From Paenibacillus sp. HJGM_3 (GTDB lineage Bacteria; Bacillota; Bacilli; Paenibacillales; NBRC-103111), in NCBI RefSeq assembly GCF_045062745.1, contig NZ_JBJGED010000019.1, forward strand, positions 53,039-77,038: a DNA stretch of 24,000 bases, given 5' to 3'. Under the pieces are notes generated by a model. That model saw only the letters and a program-made list of their open reading frames with translations, did not search any database and was not told the DNA's origin. The first letter of the stretch is position 1. Each line of letters starts with the position of its first letter. Below are positions 1-8,845 of the stretch, in pieces. The position numbers and the translations under genes are program-made.

Positions 1-215
1 TGGACCTGGTCCAACAGTTAATGCCGGCCTTTCTGGACTACTGCTATCGGTCGACCAAACCTAAGGACGTACGCATATTGACAGCTATGGGGATTGACGT
101 TTCAGTATGGACGGTCAATTTCTGGGACGATGCCGCTCCCTTCATCGAGACGGGGGTTACTTATATCACAACCGATACTATATTAATGGACAAAACCGCT
201 CTAAAATCCCCGTAA
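1..215 (+). CDS. Glycerophosphodiester phosphodiesterase (GDPD) family protein, C-terminal fragment; the 5' end lies outside the window
   Basis: The frame is open from the window edge to TAA at 213-215. The peptide ...GIDVSVWTVNFWDD...ETGVTYITTDT resembles the conserved GDPD C-terminus (WTVN ... GVDGIITD). A hairpin terminator follows directly. Confidence 0.55.
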   Translation, partial: DLVQQLMPAFLDYCYRSTKPKDVRILTAMGIDVSVWTVNFWDDAAPFIETGVTYITTDTILMDKTALKSP

Positions 216-229
216 ATCGGGGATTTTTT
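203..229. terminator. Rho-independent terminator hairpin between convergent genes
   Basis: A 9-bp stem pairs aaaatcccc (203-211) with ggggatttt (219-227) around a 7-nt loop, followed by a T run. It sits between the GDPD stop (215) and the stop of the minus-strand gene (292). Confidence 0.7.
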
Positions 230-291
230 AGGGCGATCCGTAGGACGGTATTCTTAATTGTGATGTCTCGAGTAGTTGGAGAATTGTTCGT

Positions 292-1368
292 CTATGCATG
301 GTTGGAATAATAGTCGGCCAATGCGGCGAATGACTGTTTGGGCTCCCAAGGCATGTCTTTATATGTTGCACCATTACGATCCTTCAACGGTTTGACCAAG
401 CCGAAGCTCGCCGTATCCAGGTCGAATCGCGCGCTTTCATGGAAAGGATAACTGGGCATAATGAACGTAAACCAGAAGACCCCGTCTACTTTCTCCGATG
501 TCAGGATATCCAGCGTCTCTACAAGATAATGGGCCTGCACACTTTCGTCCCGAACATACTCCCCCTTCAGGAGTGGGGGTGTCTCATTCCGATCTACGAT
601 CGCCCACCCATAAGCGCCTTTGTCTTCCGCCCCTCGATAGGTGCAGCACCCGAATTCCGTTATGACGACCGGCTTCCCGATGTCCAAGTACTTTTTCAGC
701 TTCTCCCGGTAAGATTGTTGGTTGCGGGCATCCCGATAGTAGTCGATCGCCACCATGTCGAAAGGCTCCCAATTCACATTCTCCCAAGGACCGGACGCGT
801 ACGTAAGGGGGCCATGAAAATGTTCTCTCACCACATTCGCCGCACGTGCCAGAAAGGCATTTAACCGTTTGTTAAAAGAGCCCCTCCGAATCGTACTCTT
901 CAGCAAGCGCCAAGGCTTCATAAACGTTTGAATGCGTTCAAACGCGGTTTCTCCGTCCACTAGGCCTTTCATAAAAAACGTATGCTCGCAGCCGGCTACA
1001 AAAATAACCTGAGGCGACTGTGCCCGCAAAGCTTCCGCAGCCTTGGCGCATTCGGCGAAGTATTGCAGGGTCTCTTGTTCGTCCGCATCGACTAAAGCCG
1101 GTGAAAACCACACTTCCAGCCCTTGCTCCAGCGCATATTGTGCAGCCGTCACAAGCCGTGAAATGTCTTGCCCCGAAATTCGGACGGCATTGCAATGCAA
1201 GTCGTTCGCGATGATCTCCATCTCCCGGCGCGCAGTAACTGGGTCGAACGAATCGCGCGACGACGGCGTTTGGGGTCCCCGGGTATGCGTTCCGACGTCG
1301 TAGTTGACGCCTTTCCGATTGAGTTTGCCATTCTCCATGATCATCGTCTCCTCCAAGAGCGTCGACAA
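292..1368 (-). CDS. TIM-barrel glycoside-hydrolase-like protein (clan GH-A / GH5-like), specificity unknown
   Basis: The ORF is 358 aa. It has an alternating strand/helix pattern and a hydrophobic strand ending in VVITEFGC, which resembles the GH-A nucleophile strand. A GGAGGAG Shine-Dalgarno lies inside the first codons, so the real start is more likely ATG at 1338 (MENGK...). Confidence 0.6.
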   Translation of the reverse strand: MSTLLEETMIMENGKLNRKGVNYDVGTHTRGPQTPSSRDSFDPVTARREMEIIANDLHCNAVRISGQDISRLVTAAQYALEQGLEVWFSPALVDADEQETLQYFAECAKAAEALRAQSPQVIFVAGCEHTFFMKGLVDGETAFERIQTFMKPWRLLKSTIRRGSFNKRLNAFLARAANVVREHFHGPLTYASGPWENVNWEPFDMVAIDYYRDARNQQSYREKLKKYLDIGKPVVITEFGCCTYRGAEDKGAYGWAIVDRNETPPLLKGEYVRDESVQAHYLVETLDILTSEKVDGVFWFTFIMPSYPFHESARFDLDTASFGLVKPLKDRNGATYKDMPWEPKQSFAALADYYSNHA

Positions 1369-1498
1369 TTGTTTTCAAGCACTAAATATGTTAGAGTTTA
1401 ATCAATATTTATTTACTAAAGTCGTATAATATCCGTCGTTTTTCTTGATTATTATAAATAAATGTTTACGAAATATCAAGATCAAATAGGAGCGCCAG

Positions 1499-1954
1499 AT
1501 GAACTCGAAACCCGATCAGATCGCAGCCAGCTACATCCAGCTCATTCCGCTGCTGTTTACGACCCTCAATCAGCCAAACAACAGTGCAACGGTTCCGAAA
1601 AAGGCGGCCGATCTCACTCACTTGCAATATCACATACTGGAGGAACTCTTCCATCACAAGGAAGGGATTACGGTCACCCAGCTGGCCAAAAAAATTCAAA
1701 TTTCCAAGCAGCAATTGACCCCCTTGATCTCGAAGCTGGAATCAAACGGGCTTCTACTCAAGGAATCGGATGTCCATGACAAAAGAGCGGTGAGATTGCG
1801 TTTATCGGAGAGAGGGGAACAACCCGTGGTGCAGCGCTGGGAAGCGTATCATCGAGTCCTCAGCGATCAGTTGAGCAGCCTTGGTGAGGAAGATTTGACC
1901 GACTTCGACTATGCATTGGGCAAAATCAAGCACATTCTTAGCAGGTTGAAGTAG
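1499..1954 (+). CDS. MarR family transcriptional regulator
   Basis: The ORF is 151 aa with a winged-HTH segment GITVTQLAKKIQISKQQLTPLISKLESNGLLLKESDVHDKRAVRLRLSERG typical of MarR. An AGGAG sits 6 nt upstream of the ATG. The gene is divergent from the GH-like gene. Confidence 0.85.
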   Translation: MNSKPDQIAASYIQLIPLLFTTLNQPNNSATVPKKAADLTHLQYHILEELFHHKEGITVTQLAKKIQISKQQLTPLISKLESNGLLLKESDVHDKRAVRLRLSERGEQPVVQRWEAYHRVLSDQLSSLGEEDLTDFDYALGKIKHILSRLK

Positions 1955-1994
1955 CGGAAGCGTCGTGGAGGAGGGAATCGAAAAGCTGTTTGCT

Positions 1995-2330
1995 TCTGTA
2001 TAGTTCGATTTATGAAGTCGAATTGTATGCGCCTATTTCGAACCACGCAGCCTTTTAATTCGACGAATGAAGCTGTCGATTAAATCGTAAAATTTCGAGC
2101 TAAAGAAGCCCCATCGTGGACCCGAATGACGTGTTAGTTCGATTTTGCCAAACTAGAGTCGGTGCCTAAGGGAAGTCCACGCTAAGCAGTTCGATTTTGC
2201 CTAACTAAGCGGCGGTATTCCGGGGTCCGTGTTCTAAACGTGCGCTCCAATTCGGCGAAATCGAACTAGAGCTCGTCCAAATGAAATCTAGCCTTTGTAA
2301 GTTGGCAAAATCAAACTAGAGCGCGTTTGT
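1995..2330. repeat. Noncoding block of degenerate direct and inverted repeats with an AGTTCGATTT(TGCC) / GGCRAAATCRAAC core and an AACTAGAG tail
   Basis: Core copies gttcgattttgcc lie at 2137-2149 and 2189-2201, with agttcgattt also at 2002-2011. Reverse-complement cores ggcgaaatcgaac and ggcaaaatcaaac lie at 2254-2266 and 2304-2316. AACTAGAG follows three of the cores. Related units are ttcgatttatgaagtcgaatt (~2005) and ttcgacgaatgaagctgtcgatt (~2060). No ORF covers the block. Confidence 0.6.
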
Positions 2331-2427
2331 ATCGGATGGATGAGAGCAATCCAGGAGAAACTCTATCACCATCGATATGCTATTCTTTGTTTGTGACCCC
2401 AAAAACTATGAGTAGGAGGAGACAAGA

Positions 2428-2928
2428 ATGGCCAAGATTCAAAAAATCACCCCCAACCTCTGGTTCAACGATCAGGCGGAGGAGGCCGTACAATATTACG
2501 CTTCGATATTCAAAAACTCCAGGATCGGGAGAGTCTCCCGCTACGTAAATGACGGGAATGAGCATCACCGGGTGCGTGAGGGGACCGTCATGACGATCGA
2601 GTTCCAGCTTGAAGGACAAGAGTTCGTAGCTCTAAATGGGGGGCCGCTGTATAACTTTACGGAGGCCTTTTCTTTGATCGTGAATTGCGAGACACAGGAA
2701 GAAGTCGACTACTATTGGGACAAGCTTTCCGAAGGCGGGGACGAAGGGGCTCAAGTATGCGGTTGGCTGAAAGACAAGTTCGGCGTCTCATGGCAGATCG
2801 TTCCCGTCTTCCTGACCGAAGTGGTCCACGACCCCAATCCGGTAAAGATTCAAAAGGTGTTGCAAGCGATGTACCGAATGAAAAAACTGGACATCCCTAC
2901 GTTGCAGCAAGCTTACGAGCAAGCGTAA
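2428..2928 (+). CDS. VOC (glyoxalase/bleomycin-resistance fold) family protein, PhnB-like / 3-demethylubiquinone-9 3-methyltransferase-domain family
   Basis: The ORF is 166 aa. Its N-terminus KITPNLWFNDQAEEAVQYYASIFKNS and the motif ...CGWLKDKFGVSWQIVP are characteristic of this family. A strong SD, AGGAGGAG, precedes the ATG. Confidence 0.8.
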   Translation: MAKIQKITPNLWFNDQAEEAVQYYASIFKNSRIGRVSRYVNDGNEHHRVREGTVMTIEFQLEGQEFVALNGGPLYNFTEAFSLIVNCETQEEVDYYWDKLSEGGDEGAQVCGWLKDKFGVSWQIVPVFLTEVVHDPNPVKIQKVLQAMYRMKKLDIPTLQQAYEQA

Positions 2929-2931
2929 ATT

Positions 2932-2974
2932 GAAAAGCCGCCTGGCTGCCGAAGAGGCAGCGAAGCGGCTTTTC
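2932..2974. terminator. Bidirectional terminator hairpin between the VOC gene and ahpF
   Basis: The outer 10-bp stem pairs gaaaagccgc (2932-2941) with gcggcttttc (2965-2974). An inner 5-bp stem pairs ctgcc with ggcag. A/T runs lie on both sides. Confidence 0.75.
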
Positions 2975-2990
2975 AAGAAACCTTATACAA

Positions 2991-4520
2991 TTAGTTCCGG
3001 ATAAGATGATCGAATGCACCTAGTGCGGCAGTAGCGCCCGATCCCATTGAGATAATAATTTGCTTATACGGACTGTTCGTACAATCGCCTGCGGCGAACA
3101 CGCCCGGGATGCTCGTAGCCCCACGGCTGTCCACGACGATCTCGCCCATGCGAGTGCGTTCGATCGTGTCGCCTAACCAATCGGTATTCGGCACCAATCC
3201 GATCTGAACGAATACACCCTGCAATTCAATGTGATGAACGGCTCCCGATTCGCGATCGATATAGGAAATCCCGTTTACTTTGTCCGTCCCGGTTATTTCT
3301 TTGGTTTGGACGTTCTTCAGCACCGTAACATTCGGCAGACTGTACAGTCGCTTTTGCAGGACGGCATCCGCCTTCAGCTCGGGCATGAACTCCAGCACCG
3401 TGACATGGCTCACAATCCCGGCAAGGTCGATAGCGGCCTCGATCCCGGAATTGCCGCCGCCAATAACCGCTACGTGTTTGCCTGCGAAGAGAGGACCGTC
3501 ACAATGCGGGCAATAGGCCACGCCTTTGTTCTTGAACTCGGCTTCGCCGGGGACGTTCACATTGCGCCAACGGGCACCTGTAGACAAAATGACAGTTTTG
3601 CTCTTAAGAATCGCACCGTTTTCGAGTTCAACTTCGATGAGGTCCTTTTTCTCCAGCCGTTTGGCTCGCTGAAGCTTCATGACGTCCACGTTGTACTCCT
3701 TCACATGCTCTTCCAGACTTGCTGCCAGCTTAGGACCTTCGGTATATTTCATGCTGATAAAGTTCTCGATGCCCACCGTGTCCATAACCTGACCGCCGAA
3801 GCGCTCTGCCACAATGCCGGTCCGAATGCCTTTGCGTGCCGCATAGACCGCTGCGCTGGCGCCGGCCGGGCCGCCCCCAACGACGAGCACATCGTAAGGC
3901 TCCTTCTCGAATAATTCCGATTCGTCAGGACCGCTGCCAATCTTGGAGAGAATCTCCTCGAGGGTCATACGGCCGCTGCCGAAAAATTCACCATTCAAGT
4001 AAACGGACGGCACGGCCATCACGTTTTTGCTTTCGGCTTCCGCTTTGAACGCGGCCCCGTCAATCATCGTATGCGATATACCGGGATTGAGGACACTCAT
4101 CAAGTTAAGTGCCTGTACCACGTCAGGACAATTGTGGCAGCTCAAGCTGATGAACGACTCAAACCGATACTCGCCGCGGATGTTTTTGATTTGGTCAATG
4201 ACGCTCTGTTCGACTTTGGGCGCTCTGCCGCTAACTTGCAGCAAAGCTAAGACGAAAGAAGTAAATTCGTGACCCAGCGGGATGCCGGCAAAAGTGATTC
4301 CCGTATCTTCGCCGATCCGGTTCACGCTAAAGCTCGGCGTCCTCGGCAACTCGGCCCGTTCGACCTTAATTCTGGAGGACATGCCGACGATTTCATCCAT
4401 TAACGCCAGCATATCCGTGGATACCGCATCGGACGCTGCGCTGACTTTGATCAGCACATCGCCTTCCATAAGCTGAAGGTATTGGTTTAATTGTGCCTTA
4501 ATTTCTCCGTCCAGTACCAT
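2991..4520 (-). CDS. ahpF: Alkyl hydroperoxide reductase subunit F
   Basis: The ORF is 509 aa. It has an N-terminal thioredoxin-like domain with CHNC, an FAD motif [12 protein letters not shown], the redox-active CPHC and an NADH motif VIGGGNSG. It lies directly downstream of ahpC and has an AAGGAG SD. Confidence 0.97.
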   Translation of the reverse strand: MVLDGEIKAQLNQYLQLMEGDVLIKVSAASDAVSTDMLALMDEIVGMSSRIKVERAELPRTPSFSVNRIGEDTGITFAGIPLGHEFTSFVLALLQVSGRAPKVEQSVIDQIKNIRGEYRFESFISLSCHNCPDVVQALNLMSVLNPGISHTMIDGAAFKAEAESKNVMAVPSVYLNGEFFGSGRMTLEEILSKIGSGPDESELFEKEPYDVLVVGGGPAGASAAVYAARKGIRTGIVAERFGGQVMDTVGIENFISMKYTEGPKLAASLEEHVKEYNVDVMKLQRAKRLEKKDLIEVELENGAILKSKTVILSTGARWRNVNVPGEAEFKNKGVAYCPHCDGPLFAGKHVAVIGGGNSGIEAAIDLAGIVSHVTVLEFMPELKADAVLQKRLYSLPNVTVLKNVQTKEITGTDKVNGISYIDRESGAVHHIELQGVFVQIGLVPNTDWLGDTIERTRMGEIVVDSRGATSIPGVFAAGDCTNSPYKQIIISMGSGATAALGAFDHLIRN

Positions 4521-4532
4521 TCAAACCGCTCC

Positions 4533-5096
4533 TTAGATTTTGCCTACGAGATCAAGGCTTGGCTTGAGCGTCGCAGCGCCTTCTTCCCATTTTGCCGGGC
4601 ACACTTCACCTGGGTTTTTGCGAACATATTGCGCAGCCTTGATCTTGTTCACCAGCGAGCTTGCATCGCGGCCAATGCCGCCCGCATTGATTTCGACGGT
4701 TTGGATGACGCCGTCCGGGTCGATGATGAATGTACCGCGATCCGCAAGACCGTCTTGCTCGATCAATACATCGAAGTTGCGGGAAATCGTATGGGAAGGA
4801 TCCCCGATCATGATGTAAGTGATTTTGCTGATCGTTTCCGAGCTGTCGTGCCATGCCTTATGAGTAAAATGGGTATCGGTCGAAACGGAATACACTTCAA
4901 CGCCAAGCGACTTCAGCGTCTCGTACTGGTCTTGGAGATCGCCCAGCTCGGTGGGGCACACGAAGGTGAAGTCTGCCGGATAGAAGCAAACTACGCTCCA
5001 CTTGCCTTTCAGATCGGCTTCCGTAACTTCGATAAACTTGCCATTGTGATAAGCATTTGCTTTGAACGGTTTGACTTCAGTACCAATGAGTGACAT
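4533..5096 (-). CDS. ahpC: Peroxiredoxin, alkyl hydroperoxide reductase subunit C
   Basis: The ORF is 187 aa. It has the typical 2-Cys Prx motifs FTFVCPTEL and a C-terminal VCPAKW. A GGGAGG SD precedes the start. Confidence 0.97.
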   Translation of the reverse strand: MSLIGTEVKPFKANAYHNGKFIEVTEADLKGKWSVVCFYPADFTFVCPTELGDLQDQYETLKSLGVEVYSVSTDTHFTHKAWHDSSETISKITYIMIGDPSHTISRNFDVLIEQDGLADRGTFIIDPDGVIQTVEINAGGIGRDASSLVNKIKAAQYVRKNPGEVCPAKWEEGAATLKPSLDLVGKI

Positions 5097-5124
5097 GAAT
5101 CGTTTCCTCCCGTTAGTGGTTTAT

Positions 5125-5172
5125 TTAAAATAATTCTAAATAAATATTAACTACTGGTTAGGCTGTTGTCAA
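5125..5172 (-). promoter_or_regulatory. ahpCF sigmaA-type promoter with an overlapping Per box
   Basis: Read on the minus strand: TTGACA (5172-5167), a 17-nt spacer, then TAATAT (5149-5144). Just downstream, TTAGAATTATTTTAA (5139-5125) matches the PerR box consensus TTATAATNATTATAA at 13 of the 14 specified positions. Confidence 0.65.
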
Positions 5173-5230
5173 GTGCTCTCGCCAGCATTTTCGGACGAAT
5201 ATTTTTGCTCTACAGTAAACGGCAGCCTGG

Positions 5231-6904
5231 TTAGAAACGGCCGGAACGAAAAATGGCAAAGAGGAGCCATAGGACCATGAGCAAAGCGACGATAAATCCA
5301 ATCTCGAGAATCGGAATGTTCCAAAGTGTCGTTTGCGACTGACTCAGCGAAGCGCCGATGATCAATCCTACCATGATGATACTCAGCGATAACAAAACGA
5401 TGCTGAACGACAGGCGGTTGCTGATGCGATCCAGCCTGTTCATCAAGTCATCCACCTGGGGAACCGAAACCTCCACTCGCACCTGTCCCTTGCGCAGCAT
5501 CAAAGACCATTGCTTCAAACTGGCCGGTACCTCATGAATCAAATCGATAAATTCCGGCACATCCTCGACCCATTTCCTCAGCCATCGCACAGGATTCAGC
5601 TGCTCCAAAAACAGCTTGGTCCCGAAAGGCTCCGCTACATCAAATACGCTGAATGTCGGGTCCAGTGCCGATACGACCCCCTCCATGGTCAAGAGGGTCT
5701 TGCCCAGCAAAGTTAACTCCGTCGGAATCCGAATCCGATGGCGGAACGCGACGGCGAACAAATCCCGCACCGCTTCTCCCAGGCTAACCTGTTTTAACGG
5801 AACCTTGTAGTATTTCTCCCGCAATTCCTCTACATCGAGATAGAGCAGCTCTTTGTTCACCGTTTCCGGAATCACGCCCAAATTCGATATCGCTCGGATC
5901 ACGCCCTTCGAACTCTGGTTTCGAAGAGCGATGACCAACGTTGCAAAATGCCTTTTCGCCTCAGGCGTCAAACGGCCTACCATTCCGAAATCGAGCAAGG
6001 CCAGATTGCCGTCCTTCATCGCCAAAACATTGCCCGGGTGGGGATCTCCATGGAAAATGCCCTCGATGAGCACTTGCTGGAAAATGGTCGTCGCCAATCG
6101 TTCCGCAAGCAATCGGCGGTCGAGGCCCGCGTGATCCAATTGGTGATGTTCGGATAGTTTGATCCCCTCTATGTAGGTCATCGTCATTACCCGCTTGGAG
6201 CAATAGTCCGGGTAAACCTGAGGTACATGGACATGCTCCCAGGTTTTGCTCAGAGCAGCAAACTTGGCGGCATTCCGCGCTTCCGTCCCGTAATCGAGCT
6301 CGGCTCGAAGCGCCTTTCCCAGTTCGTCCACCATATCGCTCAGCCGATAATTGTGCGCCCATTCCAACCTGGATTCGGCCGCCTTCGTCAAATCCTTCAA
6401 GATGTCCAAATCCGTTTCAATCTGGTCTTGAATACCCGGCCGTTGTACTTTTACCACTACCGGCGTGCCGTCCTTCAGTACGGCTTTGTAAACCTGTCCA
6501 ATAGAGGCGGCTGCCAGGGGCACATCGGAGAATTGCAGGAAAAGCTTTTCGATGGGCGCCCCAAGTTCCTGTGCGATAATCTTGGATGCTTCGGAATAAG
6601 AAAATGCAGGCACGTTATCTTGCAGGCGCTCCAGCTCGGAGAGGATGGAGGGCGGAACCAAATCAGGCCGGGTGCTTGCGATTTGTCCCAGCTTGACAAA
6701 GGTCGGACCGAGCTCCTCCAGCAGCAGACGAATCCTTACCCCGACGGTTTTGGCATGAATGTCATGCCGTTCCGTTCTCCACAAAAACCTAAACCTCTCG
6801 GTTTTGCCGATCTCATCGGACACATAGCCGAATCCATTGCGCGCGAATGCCGAGGCGATCGTTCGATAACGCTGCAATTGTCGAATCCGCTTGCCTGCAC
6901 TCAT
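5231..6904 (-). CDS. ABC1/UbiB (AarF) atypical kinase family protein with C-terminal transmembrane helices
   Basis: The ORF is 557 aa. It has ABC1 motifs (...PLAAASIGQVYKA..., VVKVQRPG, HGDPHPGNV, LDFGMVG) and two hydrophobic C-terminal helices. An AGGAGG SD precedes the start. The gene begins 12 nt after the upstream gene's stop. Confidence 0.9.
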   Translation of the reverse strand: MSAGKRIRQLQRYRTIASAFARNGFGYVSDEIGKTERFRFLWRTERHDIHAKTVGVRIRLLLEELGPTFVKLGQIASTRPDLVPPSILSELERLQDNVPAFSYSEASKIIAQELGAPIEKLFLQFSDVPLAAASIGQVYKAVLKDGTPVVVKVQRPGIQDQIETDLDILKDLTKAAESRLEWAHNYRLSDMVDELGKALRAELDYGTEARNAAKFAALSKTWEHVHVPQVYPDYCSKRVMTMTYIEGIKLSEHHQLDHAGLDRRLLAERLATTIFQQVLIEGIFHGDPHPGNVLAMKDGNLALLDFGMVGRLTPEAKRHFATLVIALRNQSSKGVIRAISNLGVIPETVNKELLYLDVEELREKYYKVPLKQVSLGEAVRDLFAVAFRHRIRIPTELTLLGKTLLTMEGVVSALDPTFSVFDVAEPFGTKLFLEQLNPVRWLRKWVEDVPEFIDLIHEVPASLKQWSLMLRKGQVRVEVSVPQVDDLMNRLDRISNRLSFSIVLLSLSIIMVGLIIGASLSQSQTTLWNIPILEIGFIVALLMVLWLLFAIFRSGRF

Positions 6905-6916
6905 CTACGCCTCCTG

Positions 6917-7258
6917 TTACTCCTCGGGTTGGACCTTTCGCTCCAGCGCTTCCAACCTCTGTTCTAGCCGTTCCAGTTCCTCCCGGGTGGCCCATCGTTC
7001 ACCCAGTACGGCGTTCACCCGCTCACGCGCCACCGCCTCTATTTGCTGCCGCGTGTCTTCTCCTTTCCTTATGAGTTCTTCCACCATGGCTTTCGATTCA
7101 GCCCGGTTGACTTCGCCTTTTTTCACAAGCTCATCTACCGTTTTTTCAATTTGTTCCTTGCTTGCGATCACCAGGCCCAGTCCCAGAGAAATTGCTTTTT
7201 GGATGGTGTCTTTCATGTTCTTCACGGCTCCTTGTTTTGAATTGTTATGGAGGTTCAA
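6917..7258 (-). CDS. Phasin-like / coiled-coil small protein, co-transcribed with the ABC1 kinase
   Basis: The ORF is 113 aa, charged and helical (KEQIEKTVDELVKKGEVNRAESKAMVEELIRKGEDTRQQIE). The likely true start is ATG at 7216 (MKDTIQK), preceded by AAGGAG. Confidence 0.6.
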   Translation of the reverse strand: MNLHNNSKQGAVKNMKDTIQKAISLGLGLVIASKEQIEKTVDELVKKGEVNRAESKAMVEELIRKGEDTRQQIEAVARERVNAVLGERWATREELERLEQRLEALERKVQPEE

Positions 7259-7466
7259 CTGTACTAATATGCGTCCAGCGTCTTCCTTAAGAACGCCTGT
7301 TTCATAGCTATTGTTCTCAAATCTTTGGACAAATTAACCCAGGTTTTCATTTTTGTTTGAAAGCGGTCGCCCAACTACGAACCGCAAGGTTCGAGACAGG
7401 AAATTCAAGATGAGTATGGAAGGACTGTATAGCATTTCGTATTTGGCCATTAACTTTGGATGAAAG

Positions 7467-7493
7467 TGTCACACTTTACTCTCCGGTAACGTC
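7467..7493 (+). promoter_or_regulatory. ECF41-type promoter (TGTCACA-N16-CGTC)
   Basis: TGTCACA lies at 7467-7473, followed by exactly 16 nt (7474-7489) and CGTC at 7490-7493. The site is about 30 nt upstream of the oxidoreductase start and about 1.3 kb upstream of the ECF41-like sigma gene in the same operon. Confidence 0.7.
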
Positions 7494-7513
7494 TTGTTCC
7501 CAAAAAGAGTGAG

Positions 7514-8845
7514 GTGGCCAACATGGCAAAGTATGATGTCGCGATCATTGGCGGAGGACTTACCGGTTTAACCGCATCGATTTATTTGGCAAATGCTGGA
7601 CTGTCCACGATTGTATTGGAAAAAGCAAATCAGCTTGGCGGTCGTGGGATTACGGTCCATAAAAGCGGAGCATCGCTTAATTTGGGCGTGCATGCGTTAT
7701 ATCGGGACGGGGCGGGGGAGGAGGTTTTGCGCGAAATAGGCGTGAAGCTGAAAGGCGCCAGTCCGCCGGCTTCGGCGGGAGCGGTGTGGAATAACCGGGT
7801 ATATACGCTGCCATCCAAACCTTTGCAATTGATTGCATCCAGGCTGTTTTCATTCCCGGAAAAGATGGAGCTTACCCGTCTAATGCTCAAGCTGGGCAAG
7901 ATGGATACCAAACAAATCGGGCCGATCAGTTTAAAGGAGTGGGCTGAACGGGAAATTCGGCACCCGATGCTTAGGCATGTTATATATTCGGTGAGCCGGG
8001 CTAACTCTTTCGTTCCTCACCCTGAGCTTCATCTTGCGGGTCCTGCCGTGCGGCAGCTTCAACGAACGTTTGGCGGAAAAGCTTTCTATCTCGATGGGGG
8101 ATGGGGAGCGCTGGTCGAGGATTTAAGAGAGCGGGCCATTCGCGCAGGCACTACGATTATGCATCATAAAAAAACGGTCGAAGTGGAACATGACGGGACG
8201 GTTCGACGGATCCGGTGTGCAGATGGCGATACGATCGAAGCTCCGCATGTCGTGATCGCTGCCGGTCCGAAGGAGGCGTATGATTTGGTCCATAACGCGG
8301 ACGGCACCTCACTTGCCAGGTGGAAAGACTCCGCTAAACCGATCCGCGCAGCGTGTCTTGATCTCGTATTGCGCCGTTTCCCCGATGGCGGTTCCACCTT
8401 TATTGCCGGATTTTGGCTGGATCAGCCCATCTTCTATAACTCCCCGTCTACTGTAGCGAAGCTGAGCGATGACGGCTCCGTCGTCATCCACCTGATTAAA
8501 CATCTTGGTCTGAATGACAGCCATCCTGAAAAGGATTTGTTGCAGTTGGAACAAGCCATGGATCTCGTTCAACCCGGTTGGCGAAAAGAGGAACTAGCCA
8601 GGCAGTATTTGCCGAACTTGACGGTTGTCCATGATTTCAATACGGTAGATAAAAGCAGTGTCTATCACGGTCCGGCGATCCCGGAAATACGCGGCCTGTA
8701 TGTGGCTGGAGATTGGACCGGGCATGGGGAGCAATTGGTTGATGCATCGTTTGCCAGCGCCAAACGAGCGGCCCAAGCGATCATAGCCGATAAACATTCG
8801 GGAAGGGGAGAACTGCGCGTTGGAGAGGGGAGAGTTATATCTTGA
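7514..8845 (+). CDS. NAD(P)/FAD-dependent oxidoreductase (phytoene desaturase / amine oxidase-like fold)
   Basis: The ORF is 443 aa with an N-terminal dinucleotide fold KYDVAIIGGGLTGLTASIYLANAGLSTIVLEK and a C-terminal GLYVAGDW. The ORF track starts at GTG 7514. ATG at 7523 has better spacing to the GAGGTG SD at 7511-7516. Confidence 0.85.
   Translation: MANMAKYDVAIIGGGLTGLTASIYLANAGLSTIVLEKANQLGGRGITVHKSGASLNLGVHALYRDGAGEEVLREIGVKLKGASPPASAGAVWNNRVYTLPSKPLQLIASRLFSFPEKMELTRLMLKLGKMDTKQIGPISLKEWAEREIRHPMLRHVIYSVSRANSFVPHPELHLAGPAVRQLQRTFGGKAFYLDGGWGALVEDLRERAIRAGTTIMHHKKTVEVEHDGTVRRIRCADGDTIEAPHVVIAAGPKEAYDLVHNADGTSLARWKDSAKPIRAACLDLVLRRFPDGGSTFIAGFWLDQPIFYNSPSTVAKLSDDGSVVIHLIKHLGLNDSHPEKDLLQLEQAMDLVQPGWRKEELARQYLPNLTVVHDFNTVDKSSVYHGPAIPEIRGLYVAGDWTGHGEQLVDASFASAKRAAQAIIADKHSGRGELRVGEGRVIS

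Noticed and set aside
1443-1481. 7-bp inverted repeat tcttgat-N25-atcaaga in the MarR/GH-like divergent region as a MarR operator
   Set aside because: It is short, widely spaced and in AT-rich sequence. Such a match is expected by chance, so it does not merit a feature call.
1995-2330. Possible CRISPR or minisatellite interpretation of the 2.0-2.3 kb repeat block
   Set aside because: The repeats are degenerate, irregularly spaced and present in both orientations. This does not fit a CRISPR array. The block is kept as an unexplained repeat or structured region instead.
6227-6967. 246-aa plus-strand ORF. The plus-strand ORFs at 3231-3914 and 4491-5093 are similar cases.
   Set aside because: They are antisense shadows of the ABC1 kinase, ahpF and ahpC genes, which have unambiguous family motifs. 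The shadow ORFs have no SD or motifs.
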